Assembly (NCBI GenBank): GCA_004431415.1
Contig: QPMI01000660.1
Coordinates: 1-43,366 of the forward strand
From: Cyanophora paradoxa CCMP329
Taxonomy: Eukaryota; Plantae; Glaucophyta
DNA length: 43,366 nucleotides
Direction: 5' to 3'
Shown here one piece after another: positions 24,858-33,155 of the stretch. A program made the position numbers and the translations under genes. The stretch's first letter is position 1, and every line of letters starts with the position of its first letter. The notes under the pieces were generated by a model. That model was not told where the DNA came from, did not search any database, and was given only the letters and a program-made list of their open reading frames with translations.

Positions 24858-25354
24858 CGCCCCGGCCGGCACCCCCCGCGCCTCCCCCGCCTCCCCCTGC
24901 CGTCCCCTTCCGCTCCCCCTGTCACTTCCACTTCCCTGCGATTTATTTCTATTGCGAAGCGCTCGCAGCTGCAGTACTAGCATCGCAATCGTTGGCTGCG
25001 ATCCGCGCCCGTCCGTGCGGACCAACCCCGGCCCCGGCCCGGCGCGCAATTCGATGATCGTAAGATCCACGAACCGAGCATGATCAGCTGCTCCTAGCAC
25101 AACATGGAGATGCTCAGACACAAACGCTCACTCGCTCACCTGAGCGTAGGGGTTGCGGCCATACAGGGGTACAGCGCACTTCGTTCGCAAATCGGTCACC
25201 TGACCGCGACCGACTCGGCCGCGTCCCGAAGCTTTCCCGGAGTGGTCACACGAATTTCTAGTCAAGGTTGCCTAGCTAGGCTATTTGGTCCAGTACTCGC
25301 AAAGAAGGAAGCCCGGCAGCGGCAGTTTGCCGGAAGGACCCCGCGCGCGGGAAG

Positions 25355-26966
25355 ATGGCCATGGCTGCAGCGCTCGCGCATGGCACCGGCCATCCTATGA
25401 TTGAGCAGATTAACTCCGTCACCTACCGCGTGCGTCACCCTTGGCCCTGGCCTTGCGCATGCTCCGGATTTGCGTCAGCCGAGCTGACCAGACTTCTTGC
25501 GCATCAGATCAAGAAGGGCTTCGTGCCGAACATGCGAGTGCGGCCCCGCGCGCCTCAACCGGAGCGCCGCGCCGCGCCCGCGCGACCTGCGGCTGAAAAG
25601 CGAAAACGTCGACAGGTGGAGGGGCGGATGTACGTCAACGAGCGCCTGGCGGAGGTGGTATTCGAGGAGCTGCAGAGCGCGCGCGCGGTCGAGAGCAAGG
25701 GCGGCTTCCTGTCGGCCCCGAACCAGGTCGCCAACGTCGCCGCGCTCGACGGCATCCTCGGCGCCTCCCTCGCCATGCCCGACATCCACTCCGGCTACGG
25801 CTTCGCCATCGGGTGCGCCCACCTCGAATTTGATCCAGCGCGCGCGCTCGCCCTCCACATCCTGCCCAGCTGACCTTTCGGCCGCGCAGGAACGTCGCGG
25901 CGTTCGACATGGACGACGAGAAGGCCGTCGTGAGCCCCGGAGGTGTGCCCGCGCGCCCTGCCCCGGCCCGCCTGCGGGCTCCGGGAGCACGCGCATGCGC
26001 ACGCGCCGGGTCGGGTGTTGACCTCGGGGGGCGGCAGGCGTCGGGTACGACATCAACTGCGGGGTGCGGCTCATCCGGACGAACCTGTCGAAGGCGGACG
26101 TCGAGCCGCACCGCGAGCGCCTCACCGACCTCCTCTACAAGTCGCCGCCCCCGCCAGCGCGCCCCGCCCCGCCCCGCGCGGCGAGCCGATCGAGGTGCCC
26201 GGGGCGCAGGGCGATGCCGGTGGGCGTGGGCGGCAGGAGTGCCGTCCTCGACGACGTGTACGCCGAGCGGAAGCGGCGCGAGGTGGAGCGCTTCAAGCTC
26301 GCCCTCGAGGAGGCCGGCGACGCCGCCGCCCTCGCCCCGCCCCAGCTCAAGAAGAGCGACGAGACGGCCCGCGAGCTCGACGAGGCCCGCCCTCGCCCCG
26401 GCCGTCTCCGCGGACATCCTCCGCCGCCGCCGCCGCCGCTGACGGGGTTGGGCAGATCCTGGCGCGGGGCATGGAGTGGTCCCTGGAGCACGGGCACGCC
26501 TGGCCCGAGGACCTCGAGCACTGCGAGGAGGCGCGGCAGCCCCTCCCCCGCCCCCGCCCCTCGAGGCTCCACCCTGACCGCCGCCGACCGCGCAGGGCGG
26601 GCGCCTGCGGAACGCGGACCCGGGGAAGGTCTCGGGGCGCGCCAAGGCGCGCGGCGTCTCCCAGATCGGCACCCTCGGGGCCGGCAACCACTACGCCGAG
26701 ATACAGGCCCGCCCCCGCCCCGCCCCGCCCCGCCCCCTCGCCTCGTCTCCCGCCTGACGTGCGTCGCTCGCCTGCAGTTCGTGGACGAGATTTTTGACGA
26801 GGCGGCGGCGCGCGCGATGGGCATCACCTTCGTCGGCCAGGCCCGCCCGCGCCGCCCCTCCCCCGCGAGCCGACCCGTCGGCTGAGCGGGGGCGGCGCAG
26901 GTGGTGGTCATGCTGCACTGCGGCTCCCGCGGCCTCGGGCACCAGGTCGCCACCGACGCCCTCCAG
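25355..26966 (+). CDS. RTCB: RNA-splicing ligase RtcB, exons 1-10 only; the gene is interrupted in intron 10
   Basis: [80 protein letters not shown]. The C-terminal half is not in the window. Confidence 0.95.
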
Positions 26967-27285
26967 GCCCGCCCGCCGTCCCCCCGCCCCCCGCGGCTGG
27001 GGGCCCCGGGCGAGAAAAAAAATGAGATAATGGGGATTCCAGCCCACCCCCCTCTTTCTCACCCCCACCCCTCCGATTCCACCAAAACCACCCACTCCAA
27101 CGCCTTCCCAACCACCACTTCCAGACACACTCTCACAACGTCTACCACCCCCACCTCTCCAAGCCAACCAAACAGCATCCGCTAGGTAGTATCTAACGTC
27201 TAGTCCGATCGATCTTGCAAAAGATATAGCAGTGCTTTTAGGCGGACCCCCAAAGCGCCGGTCTCAGAATAATCTTCAGATACAG

Positions 27286-27443
27286 CTAGACGTTAATTGT
27301 GTGTACTTTGAATCTAACAGAGAAAACACGTTTAGCTCAATTCTAGACGATATTAATGAGTACAATGAAGCTAACAGAGGAAACACGTTTAGCTCAATTC
27401 TAGACGTTAATTGTGTGTACTTTGAATCTAAAAAACAAAGAGG
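27286..27443 (+). repeat. 57-bp subterminal tandem repeat, ~2.7 copies
   Basis: Units start with ctagacg at 27286, 27343 and 27400 and share ctaacagaRRaaacacgtttagctcaattctagacg. Confidence 0.9.
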
Positions 27444-27525
27444 TTTCAAGGGTTAAGCTACACGTAATTACTATATCATCGAAAGCTAATTACATACTCG
27501 AGTTCAGGTTCTAGCTAGACGCTAA

Positions 27526-28158
27526 TTATTCCCACCGATGACGTAGTCCAAGTTTAGTGAATCCACTTAACATTGGTTTGTATTCGATCGACGGCCCGAC
27601 AGGATCAGCGCTGCTAGAGGCGATGCGCAAGATCGATGTGTTTGCTACAGGTAATTCGCTAGCATTCTCATCCACCTCGGGGATTGCGACGATCGTCTTA
27701 GCAGGAACAGCAGATGATGGAGGATAAAGCTTTTTTTCAATTTTGGTCTTAGCAATCGGTTCATTTAAAATCTTGTTTTCCATTTTAGTCTCAACCGCTA
27801 TACCAGCAATAAGATCAACAGCACGCTTCTTTGAAATTGTTTTCAACCCAGTCACTGTTTTAATGAAATATCTGCTGCGATTACCAGTCTCAGATACATA
27901 CAACGGTCCATCGTCAGTATCTTTAAGTTTACTAGTTTTGCTTTTCTTAGTCCGCGAATTTGGGATCTTATCTAGAATAGCGTTTTCGTCAGCAGTAAGA
28001 GCAAAATCGATAGATGCTCCCTCACCACCAGCAGTCCGACGAACTAAAGGATACGATTCAGTATCACCACTCAAAAATTCAATATTATTCTTTTTATTGG
28101 GTGAGTTTGTAAGTTTTCTAGAAGCTGCGCCTAAGGAGCCACTTGTGCTCCGCACCAT
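27526..28158 (-). CDS. Hypothetical viral protein (210 aa, Lys/Thr-rich)
   Basis: Intact ATG-initiated ORF filling the gap downstream of the penton gene; no motif recognised. Confidence 0.6.
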   Translation of the reverse strand: MVRSTSGSLGAASRKLTNSPNKKNNIEFLSGDTESYPLVRRTAGGEGASIDFALTADENAILDKIPNSRTKKSKTSKLKDTDDGPLYVSETGNRSRYFIKTVTGLKTISKKRAVDLIAGIAVETKMENKILNEPIAKTKIEKKLYPPSSAVPAKTIVAIPEVDENASELPVANTSILRIASSSADPVGPSIEYKPMLSGFTKLGLRHRWE

Positions 28159-28220
28159 TTGTTTTAAATAAGGAACAGAAAAAAGTCGACAGACAAGCCA
28201 AGCGCATTCGCGAAGTGAAA

Positions 28221-29096
28221 TTAAGCAAAACTGCGATCAAACGGATGAAACTCACTATCTGTGTTTCTGATTGACGAGCGAAGTGATGCCTTTGTGTATG
28301 AAGAATCTTCAATTTCGAACTCGATAACGAATGAGAATTCAGTGTTAATAGCTGCAGTAAATCCATTAAAATAACGTATTGACACATCAAGTTGCTCTAA
28401 CTCAGAATTATGATCGACGGAAACAGGAACACGTTCATCAGATGTATATTTGATTAGCTCTCCAAATTTTGCATCGATATGAATCTTTGCCAACGATGTG
28501 TTTGACCAGTTATTTATGGTGTGAATCGAACCACGAATCTGATCGATATGTAAGAAGAGATAAGTATGGTAAAGAAGATCAACAGGTATATCGCCAACGA
28601 TAGCAAACGCATAATCAACAGCATCAACTGTGATTGGAGTATCCAGCTGTTCTGCGGAATCTGTAACAGCCTTTGTGAATCCGAGCAGATTTGCGAGTTC
28701 AAGAGTGGAAAACGTTAGAGTAAACTCCGATTCACACAAGATGGTGATTTTCATTGACACATCATCAAAAACTGTTAAGAACTTTCGCTGGTAAGTACTC
28801 CCCAAATAACTGTATTGTTGCGTTTTCAAAAGAACATTCATGTAATTCGTAAGAGATGTTGGTGTGTATGATCCAGCTCGAAATAGGTTCGATCTGGTTT
28901 TAATGACGTTGCTAGGATCGAGCGTAATGGTTGTTATTGAAGCATCAGCAGCAAGATTATACATATTATGAAAAAGTTCTAGCGATTCAATTCTAGCCGA
29001 CTTCACGTTTGCTAACGCCCGAGGTAGATTAATTTTGAAATTCGAGGACGTGCCTTCGAACCGATCTCTAGAATCAACATTTACGCGGAGTTTCAT
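28221..29096 (-). CDS. Minor capsid protein (penton, single jelly-roll) of PLV/NCLDV type
   Basis: N-terminal VNVDSRDRFEGTSSNFKINLPRALANVKSARIESLELFHNMYN and C-terminal LEQLDVSIRYFNG...EFSFVIEFE match the recurrent penton pattern. Adjacent to the MCP and ATPase. Confidence 0.75.
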   Translation of the reverse strand: MKLRVNVDSRDRFEGTSSNFKINLPRALANVKSARIESLELFHNMYNLAADASITTITLDPSNVIKTRSNLFRAGSYTPTSLTNYMNVLLKTQQYSYLGSTYQRKFLTVFDDVSMKITILCESEFTLTFSTLELANLLGFTKAVTDSAEQLDTPITVDAVDYAFAIVGDIPVDLLYHTYLFLHIDQIRGSIHTINNWSNTSLAKIHIDAKFGELIKYTSDERVPVSVDHNSELEQLDVSIRYFNGFTAAINTEFSFVIEFEIEDSSYTKASLRSSIRNTDSEFHPFDRSFA

Positions 29097-29140
29097 CTTT
29101 ACAACAATATACGTGAAAATATTCTGTAATATAATATCAA

Positions 29141-30370
29141 ATGGCGCAAGCAGGAACTACTCTGAAAGAGCTCCTAACAACCAAAGGATCGAACGAGCTA
29201 TATCTATCACCAGGTCTAACTGTCGGTGTTAGTCCAAAGTTTAAGCCTTTCCTTGAGACGATCCGTCCGCGAGGTAACTCATACGGATTCGCACAAACTG
29301 CCGCTTTCGACCTTCCGCGCAAGCAACTTCTAAACGGTGTTTCCCTATATTTTAAGGTCACAGTCGCTGGTGGAGCTGCCGCCTCGGTACTACCAAATGG
29401 AGCTGGTGCATTTATTGAAAACGTACGCTTTGTTCATGGATCCTTCAAGATGGTGATACCTGGAGATTGGTTAACTGTGAACGCGCTAATCGATAATAGC
29501 GTTGCATCTGCCCAAGCTTTTGCTAGCAGCTACGGATTTGGAAAAGACGCTGCTCTAGAGATTCTCGATGCTAGCCGTGAGTATGTACTGAAGATCCCCT
29601 CCCAACTCTGGGACAATTCCTACTTTCCTCTGCTAGCATTGGCTGACATGCCCACCGTCGAAATCGACTTCCGTTCGGCTGTTGTGGTTGGAACCGTCGC
29701 TAGTGCTGTTGCAACTCTAACGGATTGTGCGCTTGTCTGCCAGTTCGTGAACATCCCTAGCGAAGAGGCTGAGTCTATGCTTAAATCGGCAAACGAGAGC
29801 GGTGGTATTCGTATTCCCTTTACCGAGATTATTTCAAAGCGCTCGAGGCAGTTAAAGACTGACGATGCGGGTAATGCAGTAGAAATATCCCTTGCCAACG
29901 TCAGCGGCCTTGTGCACGCGATCCTGATGACAGTGCGTAATGCGAATCACCTGGGCACTCACAATCACAATTCATTTGCTGGCAACGGAAATGCGCTTAA
30001 AATCGATTCATTTGAGATCATGCACAACAACCGAACTCTCGACATCAGCAATAAGCCCATCTCTGGTTTTGTATCGTCATGCTATCACATCCCAACACAA
30101 TACCGCGGCGCAACCACTGGTAATTCAGCCCTAGGTTTCGAGGATGGAAACGTCTATGGAATTGTGCTTTCGAAATCTGGAAAGGATTCGCTACATAACG
30201 CTGTTCTTGGTTATACCGATTTCTTCAATTCCAGTAGCAGCTATTGCTCCCTCACAGTTACAGGTTGTACAAACACCGCACCAGCTGTCGTTGATTTCCA
30301 TGTCCTACGGCACAATGTTCTAGTCATAAATTCGTATCAAATGTCTACTCTAAAAGTAAGTAACTTCTAG
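29141..30370 (+). CDS. Probable double jelly-roll major capsid protein
   Basis: 409 aa, beta-strand rich (YGFAQTAAFDLPR...LLNGVSLYFKV, YFPLLAL...VEIDFR, ISLANVSGLVHAILMTVR, HNVLVI). Sits between the penton and the packaging ATPase. Call rests on context plus pattern. Confidence 0.72.
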   Translation: MAQAGTTLKELLTTKGSNELYLSPGLTVGVSPKFKPFLETIRPRGNSYGFAQTAAFDLPRKQLLNGVSLYFKVTVAGGAAASVLPNGAGAFIENVRFVHGSFKMVIPGDWLTVNALIDNSVASAQAFASSYGFGKDAALEILDASREYVLKIPSQLWDNSYFPLLALADMPTVEIDFRSAVVVGTVASAVATLTDCALVCQFVNIPSEEAESMLKSANESGGIRIPFTEIISKRSRQLKTDDAGNAVEISLANVSGLVHAILMTVRNANHLGTHNHNSFAGNGNALKIDSFEIMHNNRTLDISNKPISGFVSSCYHIPTQYRGATTGNSALGFEDGNVYGIVLSKSGKDSLHNAVLGYTDFFNSSSSYCSLTVTGCTNTAPAVVDFHVLRHNVLVINSYQMSTLKVSNF

Positions 30371-31075
30371 ATGGATATTAAATTGTTTGATCCGACGGAA
30401 ATAAAACTTCCTAAACGGTTCTTGTTTGTCGGCCCCACCAACTCGGGCAAAAGCACCTACGTAAAACACGTATTAAATGCAGTATCAAATCAACTAGACG
30501 ATATTTACGTCTTTAGTACAACAGCATTTACTGGACAGTGGGATGATACGACTCGCAAGAGCAATATTTACGAAGAATGGGATCCGGTTTCGGTTGAGAG
30601 TCTTCTAGAGCGTCAAAAAGAAAGACGACGCAAGAAAGATGAGCGCAAGATTGCAATCGTTCTAGATGATTTGCTCGATAATGACCTAGTAAACGTCCAC
30701 AGCGATCGATTAATGCAAAAGCTCTTCACATCGGGCCGTCATTATAACATGAGCCTTTTTATCACGACGCAACGCCTTTGTGGCATCAGTCCAACGATAC
30801 GAAGGAATTGCGAATATGTGTGCTTTTCGTCGATTCTCTCGAATATCAAAGAGTTCGATTGCGTCTTTGCCGAATACAACGCCGGAGCGAATCGAGCAGT
30901 TTTAACGCGTCTTTTCCTTGAATGGGGTCACAGCTATCAGGTTTTGATATTTGAAGCCGTGAGCGCGGACCGCGTCTACTCTGTTGATAAATCTTCTGGA
31001 GATTTTTCGGCTCTATCAAAGTTTTTACACGTAAAAAAGCGGCGCGATCAAAATCCGGTAACCAATCCTGTCTAA
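30371..31075 (+). CDS. A32-like (FtsK/HerA) genome packaging ATPase
   Basis: Walker A GPTNSGKST, Walker B IVLDD, A32 motif LFTSGRHYNMSLFITTQ, and ISPTIRRNCEY. Confidence 0.93.
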   Translation: MDIKLFDPTEIKLPKRFLFVGPTNSGKSTYVKHVLNAVSNQLDDIYVFSTTAFTGQWDDTTRKSNIYEEWDPVSVESLLERQKERRRKKDERKIAIVLDDLLDNDLVNVHSDRLMQKLFTSGRHYNMSLFITTQRLCGISPTIRRNCEYVCFSSILSNIKEFDCVFAEYNAGANRAVLTRLFLEWGHSYQVLIFEAVSADRVYSVDKSSGDFSALSKFLHVKKRRDQNPVTNPV

Positions 31076-31223
31076 GCAACCAAGCTGTATACTCTGGTTT
31101 AGCTGAGGCAATCCACAAATATGAGGATCCTTTGTAAATGCCAAACGAAATAAGATGACTTGGTGAAAGTTGTGATCTACCGGGCCAATAGTCTTCTAGA
31201 TTCAAATCTTCTTCAATATCCAT
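30846..31223 (-). CDS. Small protein with FGxYKG...PxYxxWL motif (exonuclease X C-terminal/DUF3820-like)
   Basis: LISFGIYKGSSYLWIASAKPEYTAWLL. ATG at 31223; the 3' part overlaps the ATPase on the opposite strand. Confidence 0.6.
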   Translation of the reverse strand: MDIEEDLNLEDYWPGRSQLSPSHLISFGIYKGSSYLWIASAKPEYTAWLLRQDWLPDFDRAAFLRVKTLIEPKNLQKIYQQSRRGPRSRLQISKPDSCDPIQGKDALKLLDSLRRCIRQRRNRTL

Positions 31224-31282
31224 CAAAAAATAGTCGGCAGACAACCTGCCTCGGCTGCGCCCACGGGTGTTATTCCCTTCAA

Positions 31283-31816
31283 TTAAACCTGTGGAAAGTT
31301 CAGACGCAAGAACGGCTTGTCTACCTCAGAAGTATGTTCGAGAACGTAAGCATCGCGGGCTTTAGCAGCAGCTTCAGCAGTAGTAAAGTATCCGATGTTC
31401 TTATTGCGACCATTTATCCGATATCGCGCCTCCCATTTTCCACGCTGCTGATGGAACGATACACCAATGAAACCTGATGTGTTATTTTGCCGCCGGTTTT
31501 GGTTCAGTTGTTGCTGCCGCTTTGTTGCAAGTCGAAGATTTTCGCGACGATTGTCAAGCTTGTTCAGATTTATATGATCAACTGTCAAACCATTCTCCAA
31601 CTCACCGCTGATGAAATTATGCAAATACACGGTCTTTCCATTGATCATGGTTTGAGCATATCCACTATGTAAACTCCAGCGAAATCCAAGAACGCGCTCA
31701 GCGTCATCCTGTGAAACAAGAGCGTAGGCGACAACGACTCCATATCGACCATTGCGGTGACCAGTAATTGGAATCAACGCAACACCTTCAGGAACATCTG
31801 GAATTGCGACCTCCAT
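31283..31816 (-). CDS. HNH endonuclease with C-terminal AP2 DNA-binding domain
   Basis: YLHNFI...VDHINLNKLDNRRENLR (HNH_3) followed by NTSGFIGVSF...KWEARYRINGRNKNIGYFTTAEAAAKARD (AP2). Confidence 0.92.
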   Translation of the reverse strand: MEVAIPDVPEGVALIPITGHRNGRYGVVVAYALVSQDDAERVLGFRWSLHSGYAQTMINGKTVYLHNFISGELENGLTVDHINLNKLDNRRENLRLATKRQQQLNQNRRQNNTSGFIGVSFHQQRGKWEARYRINGRNKNIGYFTTAEAAAKARDAYVLEHTSEVDKPFLRLNFPQV

Positions 31817-31927
31817 GTCTCTTCTTTTTCGTTACATTTACAGATTACATTATCTTTAAGCCTAAAAAGTCGCGCTAATTTGTTATAAAAGGATTTATGT
31901 CTCATATTATTGAGAGATAAGCGAACA

Positions 31928-32236
31928 ATGAGTTCTGCAGATTATACTGCTGTAAAGCGTAGCCGTGGACGTCCGCCAAAGGTTCGTCTTTTGACAATGG
32001 ATTCATATGAACCAAAGAAGAAGGGTCGTAAGCCGATAGAGGTAACACCGGAGATTTTAGCAGAGCGACGCAGAAAGAATGCTGAACGGAATCGTAAACT
32101 ACGTCATACGAACGAAACATATCGTTTGAAACAGCTTGCCATCACAGCAAAATATCGAGCTGAAAATCCTGATCGTATTCGGGAGTACCACAGAAATGCT
32201 ATTTCGCGTAGATGTCTTGCTATAGACGTTGCTTAG
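31928..32236 (+). CDS. Small basic AT-hook DNA-binding protein
   Basis: KRSRGRPPK (canonical AT-hook) and KKKGRKP, then a basic helical tail. Confidence 0.65.
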   Translation: MSSADYTAVKRSRGRPPKVRLLTMDSYEPKKKGRKPIEVTPEILAERRRKNAERNRKLRHTNETYRLKQLAITAKYRAENPDRIREYHRNAISRRCLAIDVA

Positions 32237-33146
32237 CACCAAGTATAAGCTTTGGCTCTCCTGCAATCTCAAGCTTCTTGAGCTCTCGATACTGCCGGCT
32301 TTGGCCGCTGTATTTTTTCGTTTCGATCAATCCCTCGCGTCTCAATCGTCTCTGCTGTCGCATTTTCACTTCTTGCGCAGCGAGCTGCTTGTCTGCGACT
32401 TTTTCGATTCGTGTTTGAGGTGCAAGCTTACGCGGTTGACGTATTTCCGATGGTTTAACACGTCTAGAAATTTCCACACCCTGTTTCGTAACGAGTCGAA
32501 CACGGTTCTTGTCTGCGCCAGCAACTATGTACGTCTCCTTGCTTGACTTTGTGGTTCCCTTCGCAAAAACGCTTGGCTTCGGCTCCAGGACTTGCACTTC
32601 GGTCCCTGTGCGCGGTATGTTCGAATTGTCTCGTTCAATATCGTTCTGTCGCTGTCTAACATGATGCAGCTGCTCGGCTACCTGTGTATTTTCACGCATC
32701 CACGTTGGTGATCGATCTCCACCAAATGCATTGTGTGCTGTTTCATTGTACGCCTTCAAAATCGCAGGCAAGCGTGAGAGGAAATGCGGGGAGCCGCGTG
32801 CCTCTGTGTCGGCCTGGATCAATGCTCGCAATGTCCTAGCGAACCTGTCGATAATTCCAAGTTTGTTACCTTTAGAAATGTGGTCATCTTTGGCAACATC
32901 AGTGTGCATTTTCAACGAGTTCTCTTCAGCCATTGCCCGAATTGCTGCTGTGTTGAAGCCGTTGTCTCCTGAAAAGCCCCATATTCCAGGTAGCTGCTCG
33001 ATCATTTTTGGAAGCTGCTTAAAAGTCTCGAGCTTACGGACCACAGCGAAACGGGTTGCAATCTCGACCGCTGCGAACAGGCGAAATCTCCCAATGAACA
33101 GCACGTCAATTTGCCACGCACCCGGTGGCGCAGTAATCTGGTACAT
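32220..33146 (-). CDS. Retroviral-like (rve) integrase of Polinton type
   Basis: ITAPPGAWQIDVLF, FAAVEIATRFAVVRKL, FSGDNGF, GIIDRFARTLR, ILKAYNETAH follow the integrase core order. Confidence 0.85.
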   Translation of the reverse strand: MYQITAPPGAWQIDVLFIGRFRLFAAVEIATRFAVVRKLETFKQLPKMIEQLPGIWGFSGDNGFNTAAIRAMAEENSLKMHTDVAKDDHISKGNKLGIIDRFARTLRALIQADTEARGSPHFLSRLPAILKAYNETAHNAFGGDRSPTWMRENTQVAEQLHHVRQRQNDIERDNSNIPRTGTEVQVLEPKPSVFAKGTTKSSKETYIVAGADKNRVRLVTKQGVEISRRVKPSEIRQPRKLAPQTRIEKVADKQLAAQEVKMRQQRRLRREGLIETKKYSGQSRQYRELKKLEIAGEPKLILGAKQRL

Positions 33147-33155
33147 CTTTGTAAA

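Noticed and set aside
26231-26366. Intein in RtcB
   Set aside because: Too short, with no N-terminal Cys/Ser block or His-Asn end.
263-26970. Introns as Introner-type transposons or non-spliceosomal introns
   Set aside because: They share composition but not alignable sequence, and all examined end in AG with a branch-like motif.
1-27000. Numerous long Arg/Gly/Pro/Ala-rich ORFs (e.g. 17497-20538, 11125-13515, 5433-7238)
   Set aside because: Artefacts of very high GC and few stop codons; they are off-frame, antisense or intron read-throughs of the spliced genes.
1-27000. Naming the host species
   Set aside because: High GC, GC-AG introns and AT-rich viral inserts fit several protist lineages; not decidable by eye.
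27286-27443. CRISPR-like repeat-spacer pattern
   Set aside because: Under three units, spacers 1 and 3 are identical and spacer 2 is related, no cas genes, eukaryotic viral context.
27743-28171. Plus-strand ORF, and similar antisense ORFs at 32731-33174 and 33739-34002
   Set aside because: Shadows of better-supported minus-strand genes.
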